A stretch of 64,000 nt of DNA from a virus, in the IMG/VR virus record IMGVR_UViG_3300009177_000006, positions 5,488 through 69,487 of that record. One strand, given 5' to 3'. This document shows positions 43,050 through 51,387 of this stretch, in pieces (the stretch's first letter is position 1; every line of letters starts with the position of its first letter). The notes under the pieces are model-generated. The model had not been told where the DNA came from and made no database searches. It was given only the letters and a program-made list of their open reading frames with translations. A program made the translations under genes and the position numbers.

Positions 43050-43129
43050 TGTTGCTAACAATCCTACACATCATCACTGACGAGGTCGTTGTCGAATCAA
43101 TCGTGGTTTTCCTAATGGCGATACTGTAA

Positions 43130-43183
43130 GACCGAAACCGGCTCACGCCGGTCGCAACGTGAATTCGTTGCCTGACGATGGTC
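43130..43183 (+). ncRNA. type II hammerhead ribozyme HH2 (cleavage after C43153)
   Basis: GACC-GAAA-CCGGC(TCAC)GCCGG-TC-GCAACG(TGAATT)CGTTGC-CTGACGA-T-GGTC; one extra U after A9. Confidence 0.85.
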
Positions 43184-43209
43184 AGACTAAATCACTAGGA
43201 GCAAATACA

Positions 43210-43506
43210 ATGAAAAACGTAAACACCAAAACAACCGCAACCGTCAACGCAACCAAGGTCCGAGACAACATCTATCGGATGAAAGTCGGAGCCGGTCAGT
43301 CGTTCCAGATCGAACTCGAAAAGGGCGTCGCCAATGTCTTTAAGTTCTCACCTGCTCAGCGCCGATTCAAGTTCGTCGGCGAGGCCGGTAATCTTAAAGC
43401 CGCCGAAGTCGATATCCGAACTGGTAAGTATGCCAAGCTTTTCAAGTCTGAGAAGATGAGAGCGTACAAGGCTGACGGAACGTTCGTAGTTCGCAAGGCT
43501 TACTAA
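43210..43506 (+). CDS. early basic hypothetical protein
   Basis: CTAGGAGCAAA RBS after HH2. Confidence 0.75.
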   Translation: MKNVNTKTTATVNATKVRDNIYRMKVGAGQSFQIELEKGVANVFKFSPAQRRFKFVGEAGNLKAAEVDIRTGKYAKLFKSEKMRAYKADGTFVVRKAY

Positions 43507-43511
43507 GCCTA

Positions 43512-43602
43512 AGTCGAAACCGGCTGGTATCTGTGAGGCGGCAAACAGTCCGCAAACCATGACGCCAGCCGGTCTAACCGTGATGCGGTTACTGATGAGA
43601 CT
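43512..43602 (+). ncRNA. type II hammerhead ribozyme HH3 with 37-nt stem III insertion (cleavage after C43574)
   Basis: AGTC-GAAA-CCGGCTGG[insert]CCAGCCGG-TC-TAACCG(TGATG)CGGTTA-CTGATGA-GACT. Confidence 0.88.
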
Positions 43603-43625
43603 AAATCTAGGAGAGTGAACACACA

Positions 43626-43883
43626 ATGGCAACAATACAAGTCAAACGATTAAAGGCAATCTTAAAAGAATTGGGCATCACCGAGAACGTACACCTTACT
43701 AAGTATCGCCGCACATGGAAAAATCCCGAGACAGGCAAGACCGAGAGATTCAACGAGTACGGACCGGCTTTCTCGGTAGTCGGTAAACGACATCTGTCGC
43801 CCGAACAGTTGGCGAGTCTCAAGGCTCACGAGCATCTGACGGTCACACACGAAACCGATAATTTCATTCACGTTAAAAGCTAA
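43626..43883 (+). CDS. early hypothetical protein
   Basis: CTAGGAG RBS after HH3. Confidence 0.75.
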   Translation: MATIQVKRLKAILKELGITENVHLTKYRRTWKNPETGKTERFNEYGPAFSVVGKRHLSPEQLASLKAHEHLTVTHETDNFIHVKS

Positions 43884-43884
43884 A

Positions 43885-43937
43885 GACCGAAACCGGCGCC
43901 GAGCCGGTCTTGACGTTAATCGTCAACTGACGAGGTC
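43885..43937 (+). ncRNA. type II hammerhead ribozyme HH4 (cleavage after C43909)
   Basis: GACC-GAAA-CCGGC(GCCGA)GCCGG-TC-TTGACG(TTAAT)CGTCAA-CTGACGA-GGTC. Confidence 0.92.
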
Positions 43938-43961
43938 AGACTAAAAACTAGGAGCAAAATT

Positions 43962-44306
43962 ATGACAACCAAATACATCATTCAACGCGTAATCAACTTT
44001 GACGGCACGACTCGTCACTTTCTCGCTTACAACTCAACGGTCGTAGCCGAGTATGACGGACCGCTACACTCTATCGGTGAGCGAGCGTTCGGTAGGGCAG
44101 ACGGCAACGTCTGGTCATACGCCTCGGACTTACACGTTGCCAACGAGCGTGACAGTCAGATGCTTGACCACATCGCCGAAGCGACCGCCGGTCTGCGTAA
44201 GTCGCTTGATGAACTTGAGGAGTTGCGCCGAACGATAATCACGAGCGGCTACGCCTCAACCAAACCGTTGACCATCGAGAAGCTTGAAAAGATGATATCG
44301 AAATAG
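43962..44306 (+). CDS. early hypothetical protein
   Basis: ACTAGGAGCAAA RBS after HH4. Confidence 0.75.
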   Translation: MTTKYIIQRVINFDGTTRHFLAYNSTVVAEYDGPLHSIGERAFGRADGNVWSYASDLHVANERDSQMLDHIAEATAGLRKSLDELEELRRTIITSGYASTKPLTIEKLEKMISK

Positions 44307-44362
44307 TCGAAACCGGCTCAGAGCCGGTCTGGTACAGGTTGACCGCTTGCCACTGATGAGAC
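44306..44362 (+). ncRNA. type II hammerhead ribozyme HH5 (cleavage after C44329)
   Basis: GTC-GAAA-CCGGC(TCAGA)GCCGG-TC-TGGTA(..TGACC..)TGCCA-CTGATGA-GAC; loop I TGACC can pair with the 3' tail GGTCA. Confidence 0.85.
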
Positions 44363-44383
44363 AGGTCACTAGGAGTGAACATT

Positions 44384-44770
44384 ATGACACGTAAAGAAGC
44401 TATAGATTTTCTATGTAACAAGTATTCCAACGATGACACCGAAGGGTACATTGACGCGGCAGACGGTGAAGGCGATAAGTATTGGGATCAGTTCCCAACT
44501 ACTAACGAGTTAGACGCCGATTTTACACTGTACCGTGATGCGATTGACAGCGATGATATCGCCGATGACGGCTTGACTTTTACACTTGAGAATTCAGCTT
44601 ATGCTCAGGCGACTGCTAAGACGGTTGAGCAAGGTACGGCGAAGGCGTTAGTCAGTATGATTATCGGCGACATTCTCACTCGTGACGAGGATGACGATGA
44701 CGTGCCGGACAGTCTGCTCGATATTGACGAGCCTGACTATGACTATGAGTACGACGATTTAGGAGACTGA
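44384..44770 (+). CDS. very acidic early protein (DNA-mimic candidate)
   Basis: CTAGGAG RBS after HH5; 38 D/E vs 8 K/R in 128 aa. Confidence 0.75.
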   Translation: MTRKEAIDFLCNKYSNDDTEGYIDAADGEGDKYWDQFPTTNELDADFTLYRDAIDSDDIADDGLTFTLENSAYAQATAKTVEQGTAKALVSMIIGDILTRDEDDDDVPDSLLDIDEPDYDYEYDDLGD

Positions 44771-44771
44771 T

Positions 44772-44954
44772 ATGACAGACCGAGAGAGATTGATTAACAG
44801 TGCCGAGCGTGAACGGTGTTACAGCCGGTTACGCTCACTTGAAAAACGGTTGCCAAAGCCGTTATGTTGGAAGAATATCAAGTCATCGCCAGTCCGACAT
44901 CTGACGATGCTGATTGCGGTGTATGAGAAACGCCTTAAGGTAAAGGCGGTATAG
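44772..44954 (+). CDS. small basic hypothetical protein
   Basis: TAGGAG RBS. Confidence 0.6.
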   Translation: MTDRERLINSAERERCYSRLRSLEKRLPKPLCWKNIKSSPVRHLTMLIAVYEKRLKVKAV

Positions 44955-44964
44955 GAGTCAAATT

Positions 44965-45444
44965 ATGAGCGAAACTAAAACAGTAGGTGATAAGGTTTTC
45001 ATTACTCAGCAATGGTTGTATACAGGTCAGACCGAAGGCGTTGCCAGTAAAACGGTTGAACGGTTTACGGTATTAGACGAGAACGGCGATATGACCGATG
45101 AGACACGATGTTTCAAAAAGCCGAAAGGCTCGTATCTAGTGCCGGGATATGTCTATGATGCGACGATTGAGCAATTACCCGAGAACCGTATATCGTTAAT
45201 CGGCTCGCCAGCCTTTAGACACGTCTATCCTAATCAGGAGGTCGTTGACCGGCTACGTGCCGAGTCATCGGCTCGTGCTCAGCTTATCAGGTCTGAGGCT
45301 CAAGCCAAAAAAGCGGCTGGCGAATGGTTTGATACGTGGGACCGTCTGGTTACGGCGTACAAGAACCTGTCAAGCTTTGGTGACCAGTTAGGATTTGAAG
45401 CCGCTGTAATCGCCCGTATGCGTAAGGACGCTAGGCGTAAATAA
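44965..45444 (+). CDS. hypothetical protein
   Basis: TAGGAG RBS. Confidence 0.7.
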   Translation: MSETKTVGDKVFITQQWLYTGQTEGVASKTVERFTVLDENGDMTDETRCFKKPKGSYLVPGYVYDATIEQLPENRISLIGSPAFRHVYPNQEVVDRLRAESSARAQLIRSEAQAKKAAGEWFDTWDRLVTAYKNLSSFGDQLGFEAAVIARMRKDARRK

Positions 45445-45448
45445 CATC

Positions 45449-45479
45449 GAGCCGGTCACACGACCGGCTTTAACCTTTT
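45449..45479 (+). terminator. putative intrinsic terminator closing the early cassette
   Basis: AGCCGGTC(ACAC)GACCGGCT hairpin then T-rich tail. Confidence 0.55.
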
Positions 45480-45515
45480 CGTGTCTGGCGCGCCAGACAA
45501 AATCGGAGGATCGAA

Positions 45516-45896
45516 ATGAGAAAAACAATTATCGAAATCGTTGTCATTTTCGTCATCGCTCTGGCGATGTGTCTGGCGTTGTTTATCGAGGCGTCTAACG
45601 CGCAGGTCACGACCGTATCAGGTCGTGTGTATCGTGAGGTCTACGGACTGCAAATCCCCGTCAGTCGCACGTATGTCGCTCTGTACGATAGTCACGGTCT
45701 ACAGGCCGCAACGTACACGTCAACCTTTGGTTACTATCAACTCAACGTGCCGAACTATGATTACTACGTGGTTGTGGCAACGAGCCGGTTATATCTATTT
45801 GAGCCGGGAGCCGTGGTCTTTAACAGCGCCTTTGACGATGGTCACGGTTTTCACTTTGACTTCGTCGGTGTGCCGCCGCCAACGCGAGGTCGTTGA
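45516..45896 (+). CDS. exported carboxypeptidase-regulatory-like (beta-sandwich) domain protein
   Basis: Signal peptide; VSGRV..VALYD..TSTFGYYQL..YYVVVA pattern. Confidence 0.7.
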   Translation: MRKTIIEIVVIFVIALAMCLALFIEASNAQVTTVSGRVYREVYGLQIPVSRTYVALYDSHGLQAATYTSTFGYYQLNVPNYDYYVVVATSRLYLFEPGAVVFNSAFDDGHGFHFDFVGVPPPTRGR

Positions 45897-46189
45897 CTTA
45901 CATACTCTTTCAAATCGTGTGACCAAAATACCACACGAACGCCGGTTGCAAAACCGGCTTTTTTTGTGTACGTGACAAAGCCGCACATACCGTCCGACCA
46001 CTGTACGACATAGCGCCCGTCTTTAGTCGGCATACGGTCGATGTACTTAACCCATTTGCGGTAACCTTCGGGTTCTACCCACTCAACAATTTTAACGCCT
46101 CGCGCATTACGAGGTTTGCCGTTAAAGCTGTTAACGCGCCATTGCTGTTCCTGCGGTATACCGCGACGATTCATATCTTTACGATTCAT
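45851..46189 (-). CDS. hypothetical protein
   Basis: Coupled to upstream minus-strand gene; tail overlaps the convergent gene. Confidence 0.45.
   Translation of the reverse strand: MNRKDMNRRGIPQEQQWRVNSFNGKPRNARGVKIVEWVEPEGYRKWVKYIDRMPTKDGRYVVQWSDGMCGFVTYTKKAGFATGVRVVFWSHDLKEYVSQRPRVGGGTPTKSK
45941..45965 (+). terminator. intrinsic terminator
   Basis: GCCGGTT(GCAA)AACCGGC followed by T7. Confidence 0.75.
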
Positions 46190-46583
46190 GTTGTTTTATT
46201 GCCCTTGTTAGTATCACCGACTGCTCCCAGAGGCAGTGACCGATAAGTGGCGCCGTGACCTCTGGAAATACCTCTCTAAGAATCTCGTAATACTTGCGGC
46301 TCCCGATGTAAAGAACCGGCTGATGTGCAATCATCATACGCTGTGCTTGGTTGCGTATTACAGCGCTTGTGACGGTCTTTTCTCGCGGACCTATGTCATA
46401 AGGTTCGATGACATCAGTTAAGCGCAGTAGACCGTGTTTAGCACTGACGATGAATATCTGAGGATCGCTGAACTTGGTTTGCAGATATCGCCTCGTCATC
46501 CGATGATACGCACCGTTGTACATATCAATTGCCGCCGAGGTTGTCTTGAGTTTACGTGTACCGCAACTACATATCCCAATCAT
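46179..46583 (-). CDS. DUF6884 / YaaA-like protein
   Basis: ICSCGTRK..AIDMYNG..IVSAKHGLL..IEPYD motifs; start moved to the ATG after the palindrome. Confidence 0.7.
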   Translation of the reverse strand: MIGICSCGTRKLKTTSAAIDMYNGAYHRMTRRYLQTKFSDPQIFIVSAKHGLLRLTDVIEPYDIGPREKTVTSAVIRNQAQRMMIAHQPVLYIGSRKYYEILREVFPEVTAPLIGHCLWEQSVILTRAIKQHES

Positions 46584-46605
46584 AATTTGTCTGGCGCGCC
46601 AGACA

Positions 46606-46923
46606 TCAATACGCGACTTGTTTGATGATGTGATAACACCGACCGGCTGATACAAACGAGCCGACCAGTTCCATACGCCAGCCTGACGCCTTCGGCCACG
46701 GATCGCCAGCCGCGATTCTGTGAAAGTTTAACCAGTCATCCTCTGTACTCGATAACGGTGCGGCATAATCAAGGTACGTCAAGTTGCCGAGTGTGTACAC
46801 ATTGAGTAACCGGCTGTGCATCGGTAGTCGTAAGCTGAAAATTCGTCGGTCAGGAATGGCCGTCCTTAAGACCTGCTCAGTTGCGTCTACGAGCCTCGTT
46901 TCGGTGTGGTTGACCTTATCCAT
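46606..46923 (-). CDS. hypothetical protein
   Basis: AGGAGG RBS. Confidence 0.65.
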   Translation of the reverse strand: MDKVNHTETRLVDATEQVLRTAIPDRRIFSLRLPMHSRLLNVYTLGNLTYLDYAAPLSSTEDDWLNFHRIAAGDPWPKASGWRMELVGSFVSAGRCYHIIKQVAY

Positions 46924-47450
46924 CGTCTTTACCTCCTAAACCTCGTCAAATCGCCTCTAAACGCGAGTAATCGCTATGTCTTACTCGTGGAAAGGATACT
47001 AATTTTCTCTTTAAGATCGTTTATGCCTACCTCATGTAATGCCGCCTCATAACCCGCCTTAAAACCTCGCCTCAAACCATTACGATAAGCATTGATAACA
47101 GGATGGTCAGCCGGGAGCGTCTTACCGACAGCTTTAGCAATCTCAACCTGTCGCCTCAACTCATTCTCAATGAATGTATCTCTTGCCTCGTCTAATGTCA
47201 TACACGTCCTCGCTTTACTGTATACGTTCTGACTGTCTGACCGACAGCCGGTTGATGTTGGGCGCGCCTGACCACGAACACGCAATCGCTGATATCCTCT
47301 GGCACGTATTGGTCCCACTCATCGTCAGCCCTGCGCCAGACATTGTTCGGCCAGTCATAGCAAAGGTCATCAGGTAAAAGACAGCCAGAGCGCACCTGTG
47401 CGTAACCTTCGGGTATCGAGTTAGACGCCCGTTGCCACGGTGTGTCAATC

Positions 47451-47840
47451 CTAGTCGGTTTCCTGTTTGGTCTTTGGCTCGCTAATTTCATTGCCGAATC
47501 TATCGAGTACAGGCGCAAGCTTCTTCTTTCGCCGGTCAGGTATAAACGCACGGTCAGGAACGTACTGGCGATAGACCGGCTCATTGGTAAACTGTGCGTG
47601 AGGATCGATAGCCATGATGACCGCCTTGATACCGTGAGAGATGCAAAACAACTCTTGCTCAGGCATTTGCTCAATCGAGTCAGGCGCTTCGTTCGACATA
47701 GCGAACAGGTCGTTGACAATCGAGCGAGTCATTGACCAGTTAAACGGCGCGTCACGTTGCACGTAAGCACGATAGTATTTATTGCACAAGTCTGTCAGGT
47801 CGTAAGTCATAATTCTTTGTCGCGGTAGTATTCTGCCCAC
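47451..47840 (-). CDS. hypothetical protein
   Basis: ORF in minus-strand operon; start uncertain. Confidence 0.5.
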   Translation of the reverse strand: MGRILPRQRIMTYDLTDLCNKYYRAYVQRDAPFNWSMTRSIVNDLFAMSNEAPDSIEQMPEQELFCISHGIKAVIMAIDPHAQFTNEPVYRQYVPDRAFIPDRRKKKLAPVLDRFGNEISEPKTKQETD

Positions 47841-47937
47841 TCGTCAACGCTTGGTTGCTCGTAAGGCGTCGCTCGTAGTAATCGAACGATGTACCAGACG
47901 TACCAGACGAACAACACTATCAATATCGGTAACAGCA

Positions 47938-48393
47938 TTACTCCTCCGTTTTGTCTGGCGCGCCAGACACACCGTTCACCGAATTGTCATACGACAATCG
48001 CGCGTGTTCCATTTTCCTCGCTGACCTGACCTCAGAGGTCAGCCGCTCCGAACAAAGGTCACAGACGGGCGCATACGGCTCGCGTGAGCACGTACAGCCT
48101 TGAGCCTTACGAGCCGCTAACTCAAGTTCCAGAGATACCGTAGCCGGGACTTTAACAACGCCGCCGTAATCGACCATGCCTTTAGGACCGATGCTGGCGA
48201 GGTTATAAGTAGACCGTTTGACGCGGCGCGTTATCATCGTGGTCTGAATCGGACCGTTAACCTCAAAACGATAACCTAACAGCATTCCCATCAGGTAACG
48301 TTCGACTGATTGATGATTACTAAAAATACGTGTGACATCGTTTTGAATATCGGGATCGTCAGTCTCTATCTGAATGTATATCTGCGTACTCAT
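47938..48393 (-). CDS. hypothetical protein
   Basis: AAGGAG RBS; CTC..CDLC. Confidence 0.65.
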   Translation of the reverse strand: MSTQIYIQIETDDPDIQNDVTRIFSNHQSVERYLMGMLLGYRFEVNGPIQTTMITRRVKRSTYNLASIGPKGMVDYGGVVKVPATVSLELELAARKAQGCTCSREPYAPVCDLCSERLTSEVRSARKMEHARLSYDNSVNGVSGAPDKTEE

Positions 48394-48537
48394 TTTTTAA
48401 TTGCTCCTTTAGATATCTACGCCTCGCTCGTCTGGTTTGACGTTTATCAAACGGCGTCAGACCGGGACAGCGACCTTTACAACTCCGGCAATGATAGGTC
48501 CACTCGTTGTTACTTATCGGCTTCATCGAACTTCGTT

Positions 48538-48664
48538 GCGGCGCTGTGCAGTGCTTAGCGGCGCTGTGCAGTGCTTAGAACTTCTTAGAACTTCTTTGCG
48601 GTGCTAAAAGCGATGCTAAGAACTTCTGAGCGGTGCTTAGCGGTGCTTAGCGGCGCTAAGAAGT
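48538..48664. repeat. intergenic mosaic of short tandem repeats
   Basis: GCGGCGCTGTGCAGTGCTTA x2, TTAGAACTTC x2, GCGG(T/C)GCTTA units with about 10-bp period. Confidence 0.75.
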
Positions 48665-49048
48665 TCAGATACCTATCATATCAGTTTCGTACATACATCG
48701 ACACGAGATAACCGTGCCAAGTGATTGAGCGATACTACACCAATCACAGTTCTTAACGGGATGAACACGAACTCGGCGTCTAGCCGGTCGATAGTGGCCG
48801 TTGACTATTATACCTAAATGTTTATCCTCACATTCTTGACTGCAAAAGTCTTGAGACTTAATCGGACCAAGATCACTTTCACACGTCAGGAAAATAGTCT
48901 CACATTGGGCGCATACGGCTTGCCGGTTTCTCATATCATCCTCTTTGTCGCACGTTCCATAGTAAGTGCATAACGGATAGCGTTCGTGACCTCGATGATA
49001 CTCAATCCAGTAATCAACGAACGTGAAGTCAGCCGTATGTCGTGACAT
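48665..49048 (-). CDS. Cys-rich hypothetical protein
   Basis: CAQC, FCSQEC, CDWC motifs. Confidence 0.55.
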   Translation of the reverse strand: MSRHTADFTFVDYWIEYHRGHERYPLCTYYGTCDKEDDMRNRQAVCAQCETIFLTCESDLGPIKSQDFCSQECEDKHLGIIVNGHYRPARRRVRVHPVKNCDWCSIAQSLGTVISCRCMYETDMIGI

Positions 49049-49764
49049 TACTCAGTGCCTTCTAGTTGTTGTTTACGCATCGCCGCCAGTTCGTCGATGT
49101 ACTTGAGCATCTGCTCCTCGCTCATCGAATCGAGGTCAACGTTCTCGTCAAGCAGACTGACATTCTCGGTAGACATATCGGCAGACATACGTTGCAACTT
49201 AATACCGGCTTCGATGAAGCCTTTGGCGTCTCTCGGATGCTGTATAAAGTTGAGGATCGTCAACGTGTCAATAACCTCGCCTGACTTTGCGGTGACCTGC
49301 GCTCTGACCTCACGATTGAGTACGGGTAACTCTAAAAGCTTTTTGCCTCGCTCAATCAAAGCTGCGCCGACCGAGTAACCTTCTTCTCTGATATCTAGTC
49401 GGCGCTTGGTCCACTCACGCGTTCGCTCTTTGATGAGTTTAGCTTCTTCTCGCTCAGCCATCATCTCAAGCTGATTTTGATAAAGCCGATATCGCTCTTT
49501 CCAGTCGTGCCGGTCGTGCCAACGGTAGATGAGCGATGAACTCTTTTTCAACTGTCTTGCGACCTCATTAGCACCGCCTTCTTTACGAGATGCCAGTTCG
49601 CAATACAGCTTAAAAGCCTCGTATGCTTCGACCGATTCTTTTTCTCGGCGCTCAAGTGGAGTGATGTCTGGGACAGCCTTTAGATTCGGGCGATTTTCCA
49701 CCGCTGTTTCGTCATCCGTGATTGATTGTTTTTTGTCTGGCGCGCCAGACATTTCCTTATTCAT
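49048..49764 (-). CDS. putative terminase small subunit (HTH)
   Basis: ESVEAYEAFKLY..VARQLKKS..IYRW..HDWKER pattern of phage TerS-like HTH; LDSMSEEQM C-terminus. Confidence 0.55.
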   Translation of the reverse strand: MNKEMSGAPDKKQSITDDETAVENRPNLKAVPDITPLERREKESVEAYEAFKLYCELASRKEGGANEVARQLKKSSSLIYRWHDRHDWKERYRLYQNQLEMMAEREEAKLIKERTREWTKRRLDIREEGYSVGAALIERGKKLLELPVLNREVRAQVTAKSGEVIDTLTILNFIQHPRDAKGFIEAGIKLQRMSADMSTENVSLLDENVDLDSMSEEQMLKYIDELAAMRKQQLEGTE

Positions 49765-50176
49765 GTTGAGAGTTTAATTCCTGTAGATGAGTAATGAACT
49801 GTGATGCGCCGCGTTTAGATAACTCGTCAAAGTTACAGTGCATGACAGCCTTACATTCATTCCGTAGGTCGATGTTAAGTGTTCGACCTAACGCTTTAAT
49901 CATGCCAAGCTGTTTACCTGTTACGAGGTCACCTAACGACTTGGCAACGTGGTCAGTTACCGATTTAGGCGGCATGACTGATACCGGCTCAGATTCGCTC
50001 GGATGATACATGCCAGACGAGTCTTTTTTATAGCCGAGAGAATCGGCAAGTTGGTCAGTGAACGGCGTCTCTGTTTTTGGTTGACCGGCTCGGTTAACGG
50101 TTAGCTGATTGTCGATTGCCTCGATGCCTTGTAGCAGTAATGCTCTTAGGGCTACGAGTGTTGATTCGTTACTCAT
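49757..50176 (-). CDS. hypothetical protein sharing a domain with the Rad52 C-terminus
   Basis: LVTGKQLGMIKAL..EC..C..ELSKRGASQFITHL. Confidence 0.65.
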   Translation of the reverse strand: MSNESTLVALRALLLQGIEAIDNQLTVNRAGQPKTETPFTDQLADSLGYKKDSSGMYHPSESEPVSVMPPKSVTDHVAKSLGDLVTGKQLGMIKALGRTLNIDLRNECKAVMHCNFDELSKRGASQFITHLQELNSQHE

Positions 50177-50640
50177 TACTCAACCTCCTTTAACTCACGA
50201 TAAAGCTGATTGTTTATAAAACGCTCAGCGACCGTCTGAGTTGTGATAACCGCGCTGTTATCGGTTGCGTTCTCACGCTCAAAGAGTAATTGCCTTCGTC
50301 GTGCCTCGTTATAGCTGACACGCTCAGCGAGTACGGCGTGTGATGATATCAACGCCCAGATTGGTTCGCTCAATTCTGATTGTTCCATAATTCGTTTTAG
50401 ATCGAAGTTGCTTAATCGGTTGAGCCGTTCGGCAAACTTGGTTTTTAATTTAGCTAGAGCCGTTTTCTCGATGTACTGAATATTCCTGACGTGACAACCG
50501 CAAGCGTCTGCTATCTCTTGAGCCGTGCGAGTCTGACCGTAAGGCGTTATCGCCTCAAGCAGAAGGAGGCCAGCCGGGATCGAGCCGTCCTCTGGGTTAT
50601 CAAACTCGCGCCAAGGATTTGTATTCGGGCTACCACGCAT
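50176..50640 (-). CDS. sigma70 region-4-like HTH protein
   Basis: RTAQEIADACGCHVRNIQYIEKTALAKLK. Confidence 0.65.
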   Translation of the reverse strand: MRGSPNTNPWREFDNPEDGSIPAGLLLLEAITPYGQTRTAQEIADACGCHVRNIQYIEKTALAKLKTKFAERLNRLSNFDLKRIMEQSELSEPIWALISSHAVLAERVSYNEARRRQLLFERENATDNSAVITTQTVAERFINNQLYRELKEVE

Positions 50641-51023
50641 TAAGTCTTTCTCGGTCCTAAGACCGCGTCAGCTATTTTCTCGCCTTCCCGACTGGCGTCT
50701 AAATACCAGTTAGCAGTCAGTGGCCGATTGTTGTCTGGCGCGCCAGACATTTCGACTTTCATACGGTCGTGTATGGCATTGATAAACTTCTCTGCCTGAT
50801 ATTGACGGCGAAAGTAAAAATGGTCAGGTTGACCGGCGTACTTTGGTAACTCGGTGAAGTCAAGCGTTGCGTCTTGCCGATAGAGTTTAATAGCATTCTC
50901 GGCGGCGTTACGGACCTCCTCAAGTATCTTGATAAATCGTTTCTTATATCCCGGCGCCATTGGTTGCCAGTCAATCGTATGTTGCAAGTTATTGATTAGC
51001 TGATTGATTTGTAGCATCGACAT
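50640..51023 (-). CDS. hypothetical protein
   Basis: GGAGG RBS; coupled. Confidence 0.6.
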   Translation of the reverse strand: MSMLQINQLINNLQHTIDWQPMAPGYKKRFIKILEEVRNAAENAIKLYRQDATLDFTELPKYAGQPDHFYFRRQYQAEKFINAIHDRMKVEMSGAPDNNRPLTANWYLDASREGEKIADAVLGPRKT

Positions 51024-51387
51024 TTATTGTATCCTCCGTCATCTCGTCATCGGCTATCCATCGCCAATTAAACCCTGCCTCAGTCAACACCTTGCCGATG
51101 TCTTTGACCGGCGTCTTACCCAACACCTTACGTAAGTAGGGCGCCATATCAAACACCTTCCAATCCTCGCCGTTCTCTTTCTCAAAGATGATACCGGCGA
51201 TTACCCAATTACTCGGACCGTGTATCTCGATGTGACCGTACTGCTTCGGCTTTTGCTCCCGAGTGGCAAGTAAGAACTTTATCTTTTTCATTGTCTCAAG
51301 ATGCAACACGCGCTCAACGTTAAGAGCCGTGCGTGAAAAGAGTCCGATTGTCTCAAGTGTGTTAGTCGATAACATCTGTATCCTCAT
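50989..51387 (-). CDS. hypothetical protein
   Basis: Operon continuity; start uncertain. Confidence 0.55.
   Translation of the reverse strand: MRIQMLSTNTLETIGLFSRTALNVERVLHLETMKKIKFLLATREQKPKQYGHIEIHGPSNWVIAGIIFEKENGEDWKVFDMAPYLRKVLGKTPVKDIGKVLTEAGFNWRWIADDEMTEDTINVDATNQSANQ

Noticed and set aside
43077-43087. Extra CTGACGAGGTC hammerhead half-core
   Set aside because: No matching stem I or own cleavage site; it lies within a plausible 26-codon ORF (43049-43129)
47256-47273. Degenerate palindrome-like sites (also near 18040 and 20850)
   Set aside because: Several mismatches or half-sites only; not counted among the 30 exact copies
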